Shown here: positions 9,357-18,221 of the stretch, in pieces
Layout: every line of letters begins with the position of its first letter
Position numbering within the stretch: the first letter of the stretch is position 1
Assembly (NCBI GenBank): GCA_035350895.1
Contig: DAOPVC010000004.1
Span: 1,223-65,222 of the forward strand
Direction of reading: 5' to 3'
DNA: 64,000 bases
Origin: Smithella sp.
GTDB taxonomy: Bacteria > Desulfobacterota > Syntrophia > Syntrophales > Smithellaceae
Notes under the pieces: generated by a model
Seen by the model: the letters and a program-made list of their open reading frames with translations, nothing else
What the model was told of the DNA's origin: nothing
The model's database searches: none
Made by a program: the position numbers and the translations under genes

Positions 9357-11771
9357 GTGGCTGAACTTGCTAATGTAAAAAATATTTTAACTAAAAAAAT
9401 TGTCATTCTGGACGGGGCTACCGGAACCGAACTGCAGAAAAGGGGCCTTCCGCCGGGGGTTTCTCCGGAAATCTGGTGTCTGGAAAATCCAGGAATTATC
9501 GCCGATGTTCACACGTCTTACATGAAAGCGGGTGCGCAGATCGTTTACACCTGTACTTTCGGAGCCAATCGTTTCAAACTCAAACAATATGGAGCAAAGC
9601 AAGACGTTTATGCCATCAACCTCGAACTTGCCCGGCTGGCGAAAAAAACCTGCGGCAACAAAGCGCTTGTTGCCGGAGATATCGGGCCGACCGGCCTGTT
9701 CGTCGAACCTTTCGGGCCGCTGACGTTTGAAGAGGCCGTCAATGCATTCAAAGAACAGGCGCGCGGATTAATCGACGGCGGATGCGATCTAATCGTTATC
9801 GAAACCATGATTGACATTCAGGAAGCGCGCGCCGCCCTGCTGGCCGTCAAAGAAATTGCCGATATTTTCACGGTGGTTTCCATGACGTATGAAAAGGACG
9901 GTCATACATTGGGAGGAACGCCTCCCCCGAGCGCCCTGATCACCCTGCAGAGCCTGGGAGCGGACGCCGTGGGCTGCAACTGCTCCGCCGGACCCGAACA
10001 AATGGTTGATTTCATCGCGGCCATGAAGCCTTTCGCCACGGTGCCGCTTGTGGCGAAACCCAATGCCGGCATGCCCCGTCTTGACGGCGGCATAACCGTC
10101 TTTGAAATGAACGCAAAAACCTTTGCCGATTTCAGCGTCAAACTGGCGGCCGCAGGCGCCAATATGCTGGGCGGCTGCTGCGGAACCACACCGGAGCATA
10201 TCCGGGCGTTGAAAGGTTCGGTGGCGCGGAAGAAACCTGTTTTACCTCTCGTCAAATCGATCTCCGCCCTCAGTTCGGCGCGCCGATTCCTGGACATTCG
10301 AGAAAACGATCCTCTTTACGTTGTCGGTGAACGAATCAACCCCACGGGTAAAAAAGCCCTGCAACAGGAGCTGATGGAAGGCAAACTATCCATCATCCGG
10401 CAGATGGCCCAGGAGCAGGAAACCCAGGGCGCCGCTCTGCTGGATGTCAACGTCGGTCAGCCCGGCATTGATGAAGTCCAAACCATTAAACATGTGATCA
10501 GTCTTCTTTCCGCCTCCAGCGGTCTGCCTCTGGTCATCGATTCCTCCCGGATCGAAACCATTGAAGCCGCTTTGCGTCTCTATCCCGGAAGAATGATGAT
10601 CAATTCCATTTCCGGAGAAAAGGAAAAACTGGACAAACTCCTGCCATTGGCTGCCAAATACGGGGCAATGTTTATTCTGTTGCCGCTGACCGGTGGCGAA
10701 ATTCCCCGCACGGCGAAAAAACGACAGGCGGTCATCGAAAATATATTCCGCAAGGCGCAGAAATTCGGATTTACCAAAAACGATTTTGTGGTTGACGGAC
10801 TGACGATGGCCATCGCTTCCGACCCCGGTGCCGCCCGGGAAACGCTCGCAACCATCGACTGGTGTAAAACGATCTTCCGATGCAAAACAATTCTCGGTCT
10901 TTCCAATGTTTCCTTTGGGATGCCGGCCCGCCCCTGGATAAACGCCGCATTCCTGGCGATGGCTCAATACTGCGGCCTCACGATGGCCATTGCCAATCCG
11001 GCCAGCGTCGAATTTATGAATGTCAACAAAGCCGGAGATGCCCTGACGGCCAGAGAGAAGGCTTCCTTCCATTTTATCAACCATTTTTCCCGGCAGGAAC
11101 CCGTTTCCGCCCCGGTGGCCACGGCATCAGCACCGCCGGAAGAAAAGGTGGGACAGGCCATCACGGCAGGAGACAAAGACGGCATCATCGCGCTGATTGA
11201 CCAGGCGATGAAATCGGGAAAAACGGCGTCCCAACTGGTTGACGATTACATGATTCCCGCTATTGTGCGCGTGGGCGATCTTTATGAGAAAAAAATTTAT
11301 TTTCTGCCGCAACTTATGACGGCGGCTGAAACCATGAAAAAAGCGTTGTCTCATCTCGATCCGCACTTGAAAAAAGCAACGGCCGTCAACAAAGGGAAAA
11401 TTCTTTTGGCCACCGTTCGCGGCGATATTCATGATATCGGGAAAAACATCGTCGCTCTGCTTCTGCGAAATTACGGTTATCAGGTCATTGACCTCGGCAA
11501 AGACATCTCCGACCAGAGCATTGTTGACGCGGCAAAAAAAGAAAAACCGGACATCATCGGCCTTTCCGCCCTGATGACCACAACCATGATCAACATGAAG
11601 GATATCATCAATCTGGCCCGCGCTCAGAACATCCGGACGGATTTTCTTATCGGCGGCGCAGTCGTCACCGATCATTACGCTCAATCCATCGGAGCGTTCT
11701 ATGCCCGGGACGGCGTGGAGGCGGTCAAAGTGGTTGAAAAATTAGTCAAAAAAATCCGTATTGAGAAATGA
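9357..11771 (+). CDS. metH: Cobalamin-dependent methionine synthase core (Hcy-binding, pterin-binding, B12-binding; no reactivation domain)
   Basis: 804 aa. It has a Hcy S-methyltransferase domain with the GGCCGTTPEHI zinc site, a pterin-binding barrel, and a B12 cap plus the DxHxxG motif (GDIHDIGKN). GTG start. Confidence 0.9.
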   Translation: MAELANVKNILTKKIVILDGATGTELQKRGLPPGVSPEIWCLENPGIIADVHTSYMKAGAQIVYTCTFGANRFKLKQYGAKQDVYAINLELARLAKKTCGNKALVAGDIGPTGLFVEPFGPLTFEEAVNAFKEQARGLIDGGCDLIVIETMIDIQEARAALLAVKEIADIFTVVSMTYEKDGHTLGGTPPPSALITLQSLGADAVGCNCSAGPEQMVDFIAAMKPFATVPLVAKPNAGMPRLDGGITVFEMNAKTFADFSVKLAAAGANMLGGCCGTTPEHIRALKGSVARKKPVLPLVKSISALSSARRFLDIRENDPLYVVGERINPTGKKALQQELMEGKLSIIRQMAQEQETQGAALLDVNVGQPGIDEVQTIKHVISLLSASSGLPLVIDSSRIETIEAALRLYPGRMMINSISGEKEKLDKLLPLAAKYGAMFILLPLTGGEIPRTAKKRQAVIENIFRKAQKFGFTKNDFVVDGLTMAIASDPGAARETLATIDWCKTIFRCKTILGLSNVSFGMPARPWINAAFLAMAQYCGLTMAIANPASVEFMNVNKAGDALTAREKASFHFINHFSRQEPVSAPVATASAPPEEKVGQAITAGDKDGIIALIDQAMKSGKTASQLVDDYMIPAIVRVGDLYEKKIYFLPQLMTAAETMKKALSHLDPHLKKATAVNKGKILLATVRGDIHDIGKNIVALLLRNYGYQVIDLGKDISDQSIVDAAKKEKPDIIGLSALMTTTMINMKDIINLARAQNIRTDFLIGGAVVTDHYAQSIGAFYARDGVEAVKVVEKLVKKIRIEK

Positions 11772-12493
11772 ACATCAATCTTCGCCATAAACAAACGGTG
11801 ATCCTGTCGGCTGTGTTCTTTTCGGTGCTGCTCCATCTTACCGCCGCCGCCTTGATCGCTTTCGATTTATCCGATGCGCCCGCCGCTACTGATGACGTCA
11901 ATGTTTTGCACACGGTTCTGGTTTCGCCCGATCATGAAAAGAAGAACGCTGTTATGGAGACGATCGGCCGTTCGGAGCAAACGGCACCGGCGCATCCACG
12001 CCCTGTCAGGGCGACAGTAGAGATTGAATCACCGGCCGGCACTTCGAATAACATTCAAATATCGCAGACCACAACGAGCACCGCCGCGGATCAGACAACG
12101 GCTGAAGGATCTGAAAAATTCACTTCCGCTGCGGACGAAAAATCCCCGGGGGTTCAAAACCGCCCGGTCAATGCGGCGGTTGAACAAACTTATCATGCCG
12201 GTCCCGCCGTGGCTTACCCCCTGTACAGAGAAAACTCACCGCCTGTTTATCCGGAAATCGCCCGTCTGCGCGGGTATGAAGGTATTGTTCTGATCTTCGC
12301 GGAAATTTTACCAAACGGACGGGTGGGTGAGGTCAAAATACGGAAATCATCGGGATATGCCATTTTGGACCAATCGGCGCTTCAGGCGATCAAACCCTGG
12401 AAATTCGAACCCGCCAGGAAAGCGGGCAATCCGTTTACGGCCTGGGTGGAATTGCCGATTAAATTCATCCTGAAAAATCATTCTCAATCATAA
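11768..12493 (+). CDS. TonB-family protein (C-terminal TonB domain)
   Basis: It has an N-terminal TM helix, a low-complexity Ala/Thr/Pro linker and a TonB_C-like end (YPEIARLRGYEGIVLIFAEILPNGRV...SSGYAILDQSALQAIKPWKFEPA). The start overlaps the metH stop (ATGA). Confidence 0.7.
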   Translation: MNINLRHKQTVILSAVFFSVLLHLTAAALIAFDLSDAPAATDDVNVLHTVLVSPDHEKKNAVMETIGRSEQTAPAHPRPVRATVEIESPAGTSNNIQISQTTTSTAADQTTAEGSEKFTSAADEKSPGVQNRPVNAAVEQTYHAGPAVAYPLYRENSPPVYPEIARLRGYEGIVLIFAEILPNGRVGEVKIRKSSGYAILDQSALQAIKPWKFEPARKAGNPFTAWVELPIKFILKNHSQS

Positions 12494-12517
12494 GTTTCAT
12501 GCGACGGAGGAATAGCA

Positions 12518-13105
12518 ATGACCATTGACAAAATGAAGGAACGGCTGGGAGAAATCATTCTGGAGAGATCGTTTAAATACAGTGAAAATCCTCCCTTTAC
12601 GCTTGCATCCGGCAGGAAAAGCAATTTTTATTTCAATTGTAAACCGACGACGCTTGATCCTGAAGGAATGAATCTCATCGGTGCGATTATTTTCGACATG
12701 CTTAAAGATACCGGTATTACCGCGGCCGGCGGCCTTACGCTGGGCGCCGACCCCATAGCCAATGCGCTGGCCGTCATCTCTTATCAGAAAGGCAACCCGA
12801 TTAAATCTTTCATTGTCAGAAAGGATGTTAAAGATCACGGCACCAAAAGCGCCATCGAAGGCAATGTCCGGGCCGGTGAAAAAGTCGCTATTATCGACGA
12901 TGTCATTACAACCGGCGGCTCCACCATTACCGCGATTGAGCACGCCCGCCGGGCGGGACTCAGCGTCGAAATGGTTATCACGCTGATCGACCGCGAAGAA
13001 GGAGGCAGAGAAAACATTCTCCGGCACAGCGACAACATCAAATCCATTCTGACCAGAACCGACATCATGACCCTGCGTGATAAAAAAACAGCGGCAGACA
13101 AATAA
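12518..13105 (+). CDS. pyrE: Orotate phosphoribosyltransferase
   Basis: 195 aa with the PRPP-binding motif VAIIDDVITTGGST. Confidence 0.9.
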   Translation: MTIDKMKERLGEIILERSFKYSENPPFTLASGRKSNFYFNCKPTTLDPEGMNLIGAIIFDMLKDTGITAAGGLTLGADPIANALAVISYQKGNPIKSFIVRKDVKDHGTKSAIEGNVRAGEKVAIIDDVITTGGSTITAIEHARRAGLSVEMVITLIDREEGGRENILRHSDNIKSILTRTDIMTLRDKKTAADK

Positions 13106-13173
13106 CGGCAATGCGAGGATCAGACGGTCAAATGTTTTTCAAGAAATCCAAAAAATATCAGCAAGGTGAATGT

Positions 13174-13572
13174 ATGAAAAACAAGATATTGATTCTTTTC
13201 ACGGCATCGTTATTAATTTTAACGGGATGCAGCGCGGCCATCAATCTGCAGGGAAAGGTCGCCGGCATCAGCTCCGGCAAGTTTTTTTACCAGGACGGCA
13301 ACCTCGTGAGCGATTACAAAGCCGATATTGATGCGGTCTGGCAGGCCTGCGAAAAATCCGTGACCGACCTGAAAGCGAAAGATATCCGAAAGGAACGTAA
13401 AATTTCCACCGGCGTCATCACATCCGTTATTCAGGATGAGCGCGTCATCATCAAAGTGGAATATGCGGGCAGAGATCTGACATCGGTTTCCGTATTCGTC
13501 GGAACGATCGGCAACAGTATGGCTTCGCGTCTGATTCACGACAGAATCATCGGCAATCTGAAGATAAATTAA
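13174..13572 (+). CDS. DUF3568-like lipoprotein
   Basis: The signal peptide plus lipobox is MKNKILILFTASLLILTGC. The start is placed at ATG 13174 (AAGGTGA RBS) rather than 13111. Confidence 0.6.
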   Translation: MKNKILILFTASLLILTGCSAAINLQGKVAGISSGKFFYQDGNLVSDYKADIDAVWQACEKSVTDLKAKDIRKERKISTGVITSVIQDERVIIKVEYAGRDLTSVSVFVGTIGNSMASRLIHDRIIGNLKIN

Positions 13573-13580
13573 TTCGCACC

Positions 13581-14747
13581 ATGAATGAAACACCCCCCGG
13601 GAGAAGCAAAAAAGCCATTCCTATCTTTGCCTGGGCGTCCTTCTTGAATGACCTGGGTTCGGATATGATTTATCCGATCTGGCCGCTCTTTGTAACGTCT
13701 TTTACGGGAGCAAACATGGCAATGCTGGGGCTGATTGACGGCCTCGGAGAAGCCTTTGTTTCCATCTCCAAAGCGGCATCAGGATATATCTCTGACAGAA
13801 TCAGAAAAAGGGAAATCTTTATCTGGTCCGGTTACATTTTGGGATCGGCGTCCCGTCTTGGTTACGCGCTTGCCCCGGCATGGCAGTGGCTGATCCCCTT
13901 AAAAATATTGGACCGTTCCGGGAAAATCCGTTCCGCTCCTCGTGACGCCCTGGTCGCCGATATTTCCACCGACCAGAACCGCGGCAGCAATTTCGGCTTG
14001 ATGAAAGCCATGGATAATTTTGGGGCGGTTTGCGGTATTGTTGTTTGTCTGCTGCTTTTTGAAAAAATCGGATTTATGAATCTTTTTCTCATTGCCGCAC
14101 TGCCCTCCCTTGTCAGCGCATTTCTGATTTATAAATACATCAAGGAAGATAAGATTTCAGACAAAAATATTTTTGCCGTTTTTACCTGGAAAAAATTGGA
14201 TGCTAATTTTAAACTCTTTGTTATTCTCAATTCCATATTTACGTTGGGAGCATTCAGTTATTCCTTTTTGCTTATCTTTGCCGAAAAAAGCGGATTCAGG
14301 GCGATGTATCTGCCGGTTTTTTATCTGATCATCACGGTCACCGCAGCAATTTTTTCTTTACCCATGGGCAAGCTTTCCGACAGAATTGGAAGGAAAAAAC
14401 TGATGTATCTGGCTTTCGGTTTATGGACGGCCGTCTGCATCAGCTTCATACTTTCCACGAACGCCTGGGTTGTTTTTGCCGTCTTTATTCTTTATGGATT
14501 GCACAAAGCGGCGCTGGAAACCGTGCAAAAAACCTATACGGCGGAACTTTGTCCGGAGTGCTTCAGGGCAACGGGCTTGGGCGTGTTTCAGATGGCGGTG
14601 GGCATCTGCGCTCTGCCCGCTTCAATGATTGCCGGTATTCTCTGGGATAAAATTGACATGCACACGCCCTTCTATTTATCTATGGCTTTGTCTCTGATTG
14701 CCTGCCTGATGCTTTTGTTTGTTAAAGAGAGTGATTGCGGGATGTAA
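13581..14747 (+). CDS. MFS transporter
   Basis: 388 aa with about 12 hydrophobic helices and MFS-like D-R-x-G-R-K loops (SDRIRKRE, SDRIGRKK). Confidence 0.8.
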   Translation: MNETPPGRSKKAIPIFAWASFLNDLGSDMIYPIWPLFVTSFTGANMAMLGLIDGLGEAFVSISKAASGYISDRIRKREIFIWSGYILGSASRLGYALAPAWQWLIPLKILDRSGKIRSAPRDALVADISTDQNRGSNFGLMKAMDNFGAVCGIVVCLLLFEKIGFMNLFLIAALPSLVSAFLIYKYIKEDKISDKNIFAVFTWKKLDANFKLFVILNSIFTLGAFSYSFLLIFAEKSGFRAMYLPVFYLIITVTAAIFSLPMGKLSDRIGRKKLMYLAFGLWTAVCISFILSTNAWVVFAVFILYGLHKAALETVQKTYTAELCPECFRATGLGVFQMAVGICALPASMIAGILWDKIDMHTPFYLSMALSLIACLMLLFVKESDCGM

Positions 14748-14768
14748 TGAAACCATTGCCCGCTTCCG

Positions 14769-15962
14769 CTAGGTCCGTTTAACCAGCAGCAAGCCTTTCA
14801 AATAACGCCCTTCGGGGTGCCCGAGAGCGACAGGATGATCCGGTCCGGCTTCGAGCCTCGACAAAACCTGCAAATCGGCCTTGGCGTCGCGAGCGGCAGC
14901 AAGAACAATTTTATAAAAAAGGTCTTCCTCGATTAAATTCGAACAGGAAAATGTGGCCAGCATGCCGCCCTGGGTCAGATGTTTTATCGCCTGTAAATTA
15001 ATGTCTTTATATCCTCTTGCCGCTTTGGTCACATCCCTTTTTGTTTTGGCGAAAGCCGGCGGATCAAGAATAATCAGATTGAAGTTTTCCTGCGTATTGC
15101 GCAAATACGTAAAAACGTCCGCTTCGACGACCGGATAATTTTCAGCGGCAAACCAGTTCAGATGCAGATTTTTTCTGGCAGCCGCACACGCCGTCTTTGA
15201 TATATCCAGCGACACAACTTTTTTCGCTCCTCCTTCCGCGCAATAGACGGAAAAAGCGCCGGTGTAGGCAAAACAATTCAGGACGAGAGCTTCGCGGCTC
15301 AACACTCCTATTGTTTCCCGGTTGACACGCTGGTCGAGAAAGAATCCTGTTTTCTGACCGGAAACAACATCGACTTCAAATTTCAAGCCGTTTTCCATGA
15401 TCTCCAGAACGCCGGTTTCGCCTTCGCCGAAAACCACCCCGCTGACATTTTCCAGTCCTTCAATTTTACGCGACCGGCTGTCGCTCCGCTCGTAAATACA
15501 CGTCGGTTTCAGCTGAGAAACAAGAGCGTTGAGAATATGATTTTTCTGTTTTTCCATGCCGGCCGTGGCTATGGAAAAAACCAGTGTCGTGTTATAGACA
15601 TCAACAATCAGTCCCGGGAATCCGTCACCTTCGGCATTAATCAGACGATAGGCGTTTGTCTGCTCGCCGATTATTTTTTGCCGCAGTTTATAAGCATCGT
15701 GCAGGCGGGACTGCCAGAAATATTCAGAGATATTCTCTTCACATTTTTGCGTCAAAGCACGGAAGGAGATGTCTGTTGAAGGATTGAAAAAACCAAGCGC
15801 CACGCAATGGTCCGTCGAATCCTTCGCCAGAACAATATCGCCGGTGCGGGGATTTCCACGAACGGAGGCGATTGCGCCGGAAAAGATCCAGGGATGCCCG
15901 CGCAGCAGAGCTTCTTCCCGGCCCTTTTTCAAAATGATTTCCGGATATATTTTGTGAATCAT
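14769..15962 (-). CDS. rlmI: Class I SAM-dependent rRNA methyltransferase (RlmI-like, PUA + MTase)
   Basis: It has the PUA-like N-terminus GHPWIFSGAI and SAM-MTase motifs (VLNCFAYTGAFSV, IILDPPAFAK). The start is placed at the internal Met (MIHKIYPE). Confidence 0.8.
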   Translation of the reverse strand: MIHKIYPEIILKKGREEALLRGHPWIFSGAIASVRGNPRTGDIVLAKDSTDHCVALGFFNPSTDISFRALTQKCEENISEYFWQSRLHDAYKLRQKIIGEQTNAYRLINAEGDGFPGLIVDVYNTTLVFSIATAGMEKQKNHILNALVSQLKPTCIYERSDSRSRKIEGLENVSGVVFGEGETGVLEIMENGLKFEVDVVSGQKTGFFLDQRVNRETIGVLSREALVLNCFAYTGAFSVYCAEGGAKKVVSLDISKTACAAARKNLHLNWFAAENYPVVEADVFTYLRNTQENFNLIILDPPAFAKTKRDVTKAARGYKDINLQAIKHLTQGGMLATFSCSNLIEEDLFYKIVLAAARDAKADLQVLSRLEAGPDHPVALGHPEGRYLKGLLLVKRT

Positions 15963-16060
15963 GACGAAACAAAATATATTTTCCGGCTTGAAAATGCAAG
16001 ACACATTATATTATAAGCATTTATCGATTTTTGAATTTACTTGACCGAACAGGGAGAGCA

Positions 16061-17140
16061 ATGATGTATGCAGTCATCATGGCCGGAGGCAGAGGGGTAA
16101 GATTCTGGCCCCGCAGCAGAGAAAAAAAACCCAAACACCTTCTCGACATCACCGGCGAAAAAACGATCATTCAGGAAACCGTCGACCGGATCAAGCCATT
16201 GATTCCTCCGGCAAATGTTCTGGTCGTGACGGGGAAAAAACACGCCCGGAGTTTAATCAAACAGCTTCCGGAAATTCCTTCACGAAATATTATTATCGAA
16301 CCGGAGGGAAAAAACACGGCAGCCTGCATCGGGCTGGCCGCTTTGCATATTCGACAAAGAGTCCGCGACGATGTCATGGTTGTCTTGCCGTCCGATCACG
16401 CCATTGCCGACCCTGGCAAATACCTTGCTCTCATCAAGGCGGCGGCTCGAACGGCCGCCGAAGAGAAAAGTCTGGTCACCATAGGCATTAAACCGACCGG
16501 CCCTCATACGGGATACGGTTACCTTGAAAAGGGCCTGTTGTTCAAAAAAATTAAAAATGAAAAAGTGTACCGCGTCAAATCAATCCGCGAAAAACCTGAT
16601 TTTCAGACAGCCTGTAAATTTGTTCAAAGCGGTCATTTTTACTGGAACAGCGGTATGTTCATCTGGAAAACATCGGTAATCCTGCAGGAAATCGCCCGCT
16701 GGCTGCCTGAATTGTATGCAGGGCTGGGAAAAATCGATCAAGCGATGAACTCTCCGCGGGAAGCTTCCACGGTGGCCCGCGTCTATAAAACACTGGATTC
16801 CATATCCATCGATTACGGCGTTATGGAAAAAGCCGACAAGGTTTACCTTCTGCCGGGTGATTTCGGCTGGAGCGACGTCGGCAGCTGGGATTCGCTTTGG
16901 GATATATCGTCCAAAGATATCCAGGGCAATGTTATTTTAAATGAAAGCCGGGCGATCATTGAAAATTCGGCGGGATCGCTGATCTACAATCCCCAAAAAC
17001 TTACCGCTCTGGTGGGCGTGAAAGATTTAATCATTGTTGAAACAAAAGACGCACTGCTGATATGTAAAAAAGGCTGCTCTCAGGACGTTAAAAAAATTGT
17101 CGACAGACTGGAAGCAAACAAACTGAGCAAATATCTTTAA
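16061..17140 (+). CDS. Mannose-1-phosphate guanylyltransferase (nucleotidyltransferase only)
   Basis: It has the MAGGRGVRFWPRSR signature (GGxGxRxWP). The GGGAGAG RBS precedes ATG 16061. Confidence 0.85.
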   Translation: MMYAVIMAGGRGVRFWPRSREKKPKHLLDITGEKTIIQETVDRIKPLIPPANVLVVTGKKHARSLIKQLPEIPSRNIIIEPEGKNTAACIGLAALHIRQRVRDDVMVVLPSDHAIADPGKYLALIKAAARTAAEEKSLVTIGIKPTGPHTGYGYLEKGLLFKKIKNEKVYRVKSIREKPDFQTACKFVQSGHFYWNSGMFIWKTSVILQEIARWLPELYAGLGKIDQAMNSPREASTVARVYKTLDSISIDYGVMEKADKVYLLPGDFGWSDVGSWDSLWDISSKDIQGNVILNESRAIIENSAGSLIYNPQKLTALVGVKDLIIVETKDALLICKKGCSQDVKKIVDRLEANKLSKYL

Positions 17141-17442
17141 TACCGTTTCAAATAAACCGGTTTGCCTTTGATTGAGTTTCCCTGTTTTTCCAGTTCGCCG
17201 GTGATCATGGCAAGGGAAGTTTCCTGATCATCAAAGGTCACAATCAATATATCCCGGCTTTCGAATTGAAATTTTTTGACGCCCTGAATGTTTTTAAGGA
17301 TAGAACTTATCCTTTGCTTGGACCCTCAGGCGGAACAGCCGGGTATGCTCATCTGAACCACAACTTCTTCCGCCGTCGCCATGTTCAGGAAAATCCCCAA
17401 AAAAATAAAAACAAAAAACAGGGTCAACGTCTTTTTCATCAT
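17137..17442 (-). CDS. Candidate secreted heavy-metal-associated (MerP-like) selenoprotein, in-frame UGA at 17326-17328
   Basis: Hand translation gives MMKKTLTLFFVFIFLGIFLNMATAEEVVVQMSIPGCSA[UGA]GSKQRISSILKNIQGVKKFQFESRDILIVTFDDQETSLAMITGELEKQGNSIKGKPVYLKRY. A GAGG RBS lies upstream. The protein has a signal peptide plus the HMA fold pattern (GMxCxxC...GV), with the UGA at the second Cys position. A SECIS-like hairpin lies downstream. Confidence 0.6.
17296..17314 (-). promoter_or_regulatory. SECIS-like stem-loop
   Basis: The mRNA reads AAGGAUA-AGUUC-UAUCCUU (7-bp stem, 5-nt loop). It occupies nt +15 to +33 counted from the U of UGA, which places G23 and U24 in the loop. Confidence 0.5.
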
Positions 17443-17573
17443 CCGCCTCGTTGTTCATTTTGGCGATATCATAACTCCAATGACCGGTGGATTGCAATCA
17501 TAAATACAATTGACAGCCCAGATTAAATTTGGGATAAAAATACCCCATACTGGTTTGGGAAAGCCTATAAAAT

Positions 17574-18179
17574 ATGATTACCATATCTGATTCGCCCTTG
17601 ATTTTAGCTTCCGCTTCGCCGCGTCGACAGGAAATGCTTCGCGCCGCCGGATTGAATTTTAAAATCATTCCGGCTCATGTCAACGAAAAATATCTTCCCG
17701 GAGAAAGTCCGCAAGAGCATGTTCGCAGGCTTTCGCGTAACAAGGCGGCCGTGGTCGCCTTGGAAAAACAAAATGCCTGGGTTTTAGGAGCGGATACCAT
17801 TGTCGTTATTGACGGCATGGTTTTGGGCAAACCCCGCAACAGGACACAAGCGGCAACCATGCTCAAAAGATTAAGCGGACGAGAGCATAAAGTTTTTACC
17901 GGATTCACAATTGCCCGGATGGCTTCCGGAATCTGCACAACGAAGGTGGTTCAATCCTCCGTTCGTTTCAAAACAATCACCCCCGATGAAATGAACGGGT
18001 ACGTCAACTCGGATGAGCCCTACGACAAGGCCGGCGGATATGCCATCCAGGGACAAGGCGCATTTTTCATCCGATCCATCCGCGGATCATACACAAACGT
18101 CATCGGCCTGCCGCTTTGTGAAGTTTTGGAAATTCTTAAAAAACTGCACGTCATTAAATTTAACGCACCGGAGCGCTGA
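17574..18179 (+). CDS. maf: Maf-family nucleoside triphosphate pyrophosphatase
   Basis: 201 aa with LILASASPRR..., GADT.V and the KAGGYAIQG motifs. Confidence 0.9.
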   Translation: MITISDSPLILASASPRRQEMLRAAGLNFKIIPAHVNEKYLPGESPQEHVRRLSRNKAAVVALEKQNAWVLGADTIVVIDGMVLGKPRNRTQAATMLKRLSGREHKVFTGFTIARMASGICTTKVVQSSVRFKTITPDEMNGYVNSDEPYDKAGGYAIQGQGAFFIRSIRGSYTNVIGLPLCEVLEILKKLHVIKFNAPER

Positions 18180-18221
18180 GTGGTCTGCTCAAAATCGAAT
18201 TCAGAAGACTGATAAAAATTT

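Noticed and set aside
12497-13111. 204-aa minus-strand ORF mirroring pyrE
   Set aside because: The plus-strand frame carries the PRPP-binding motif and full OPRTase similarity. The antisense frame has no recognisable features.
17266-17526. ORF-track candidates 17266-17526 (+) and 17294-17497 (-) in the manC-maf spacer
   Set aside because: They have no family resemblance and no RBS. A different minus-strand frame gives a signal peptide plus HMA-like domain if the single TGA is read through.
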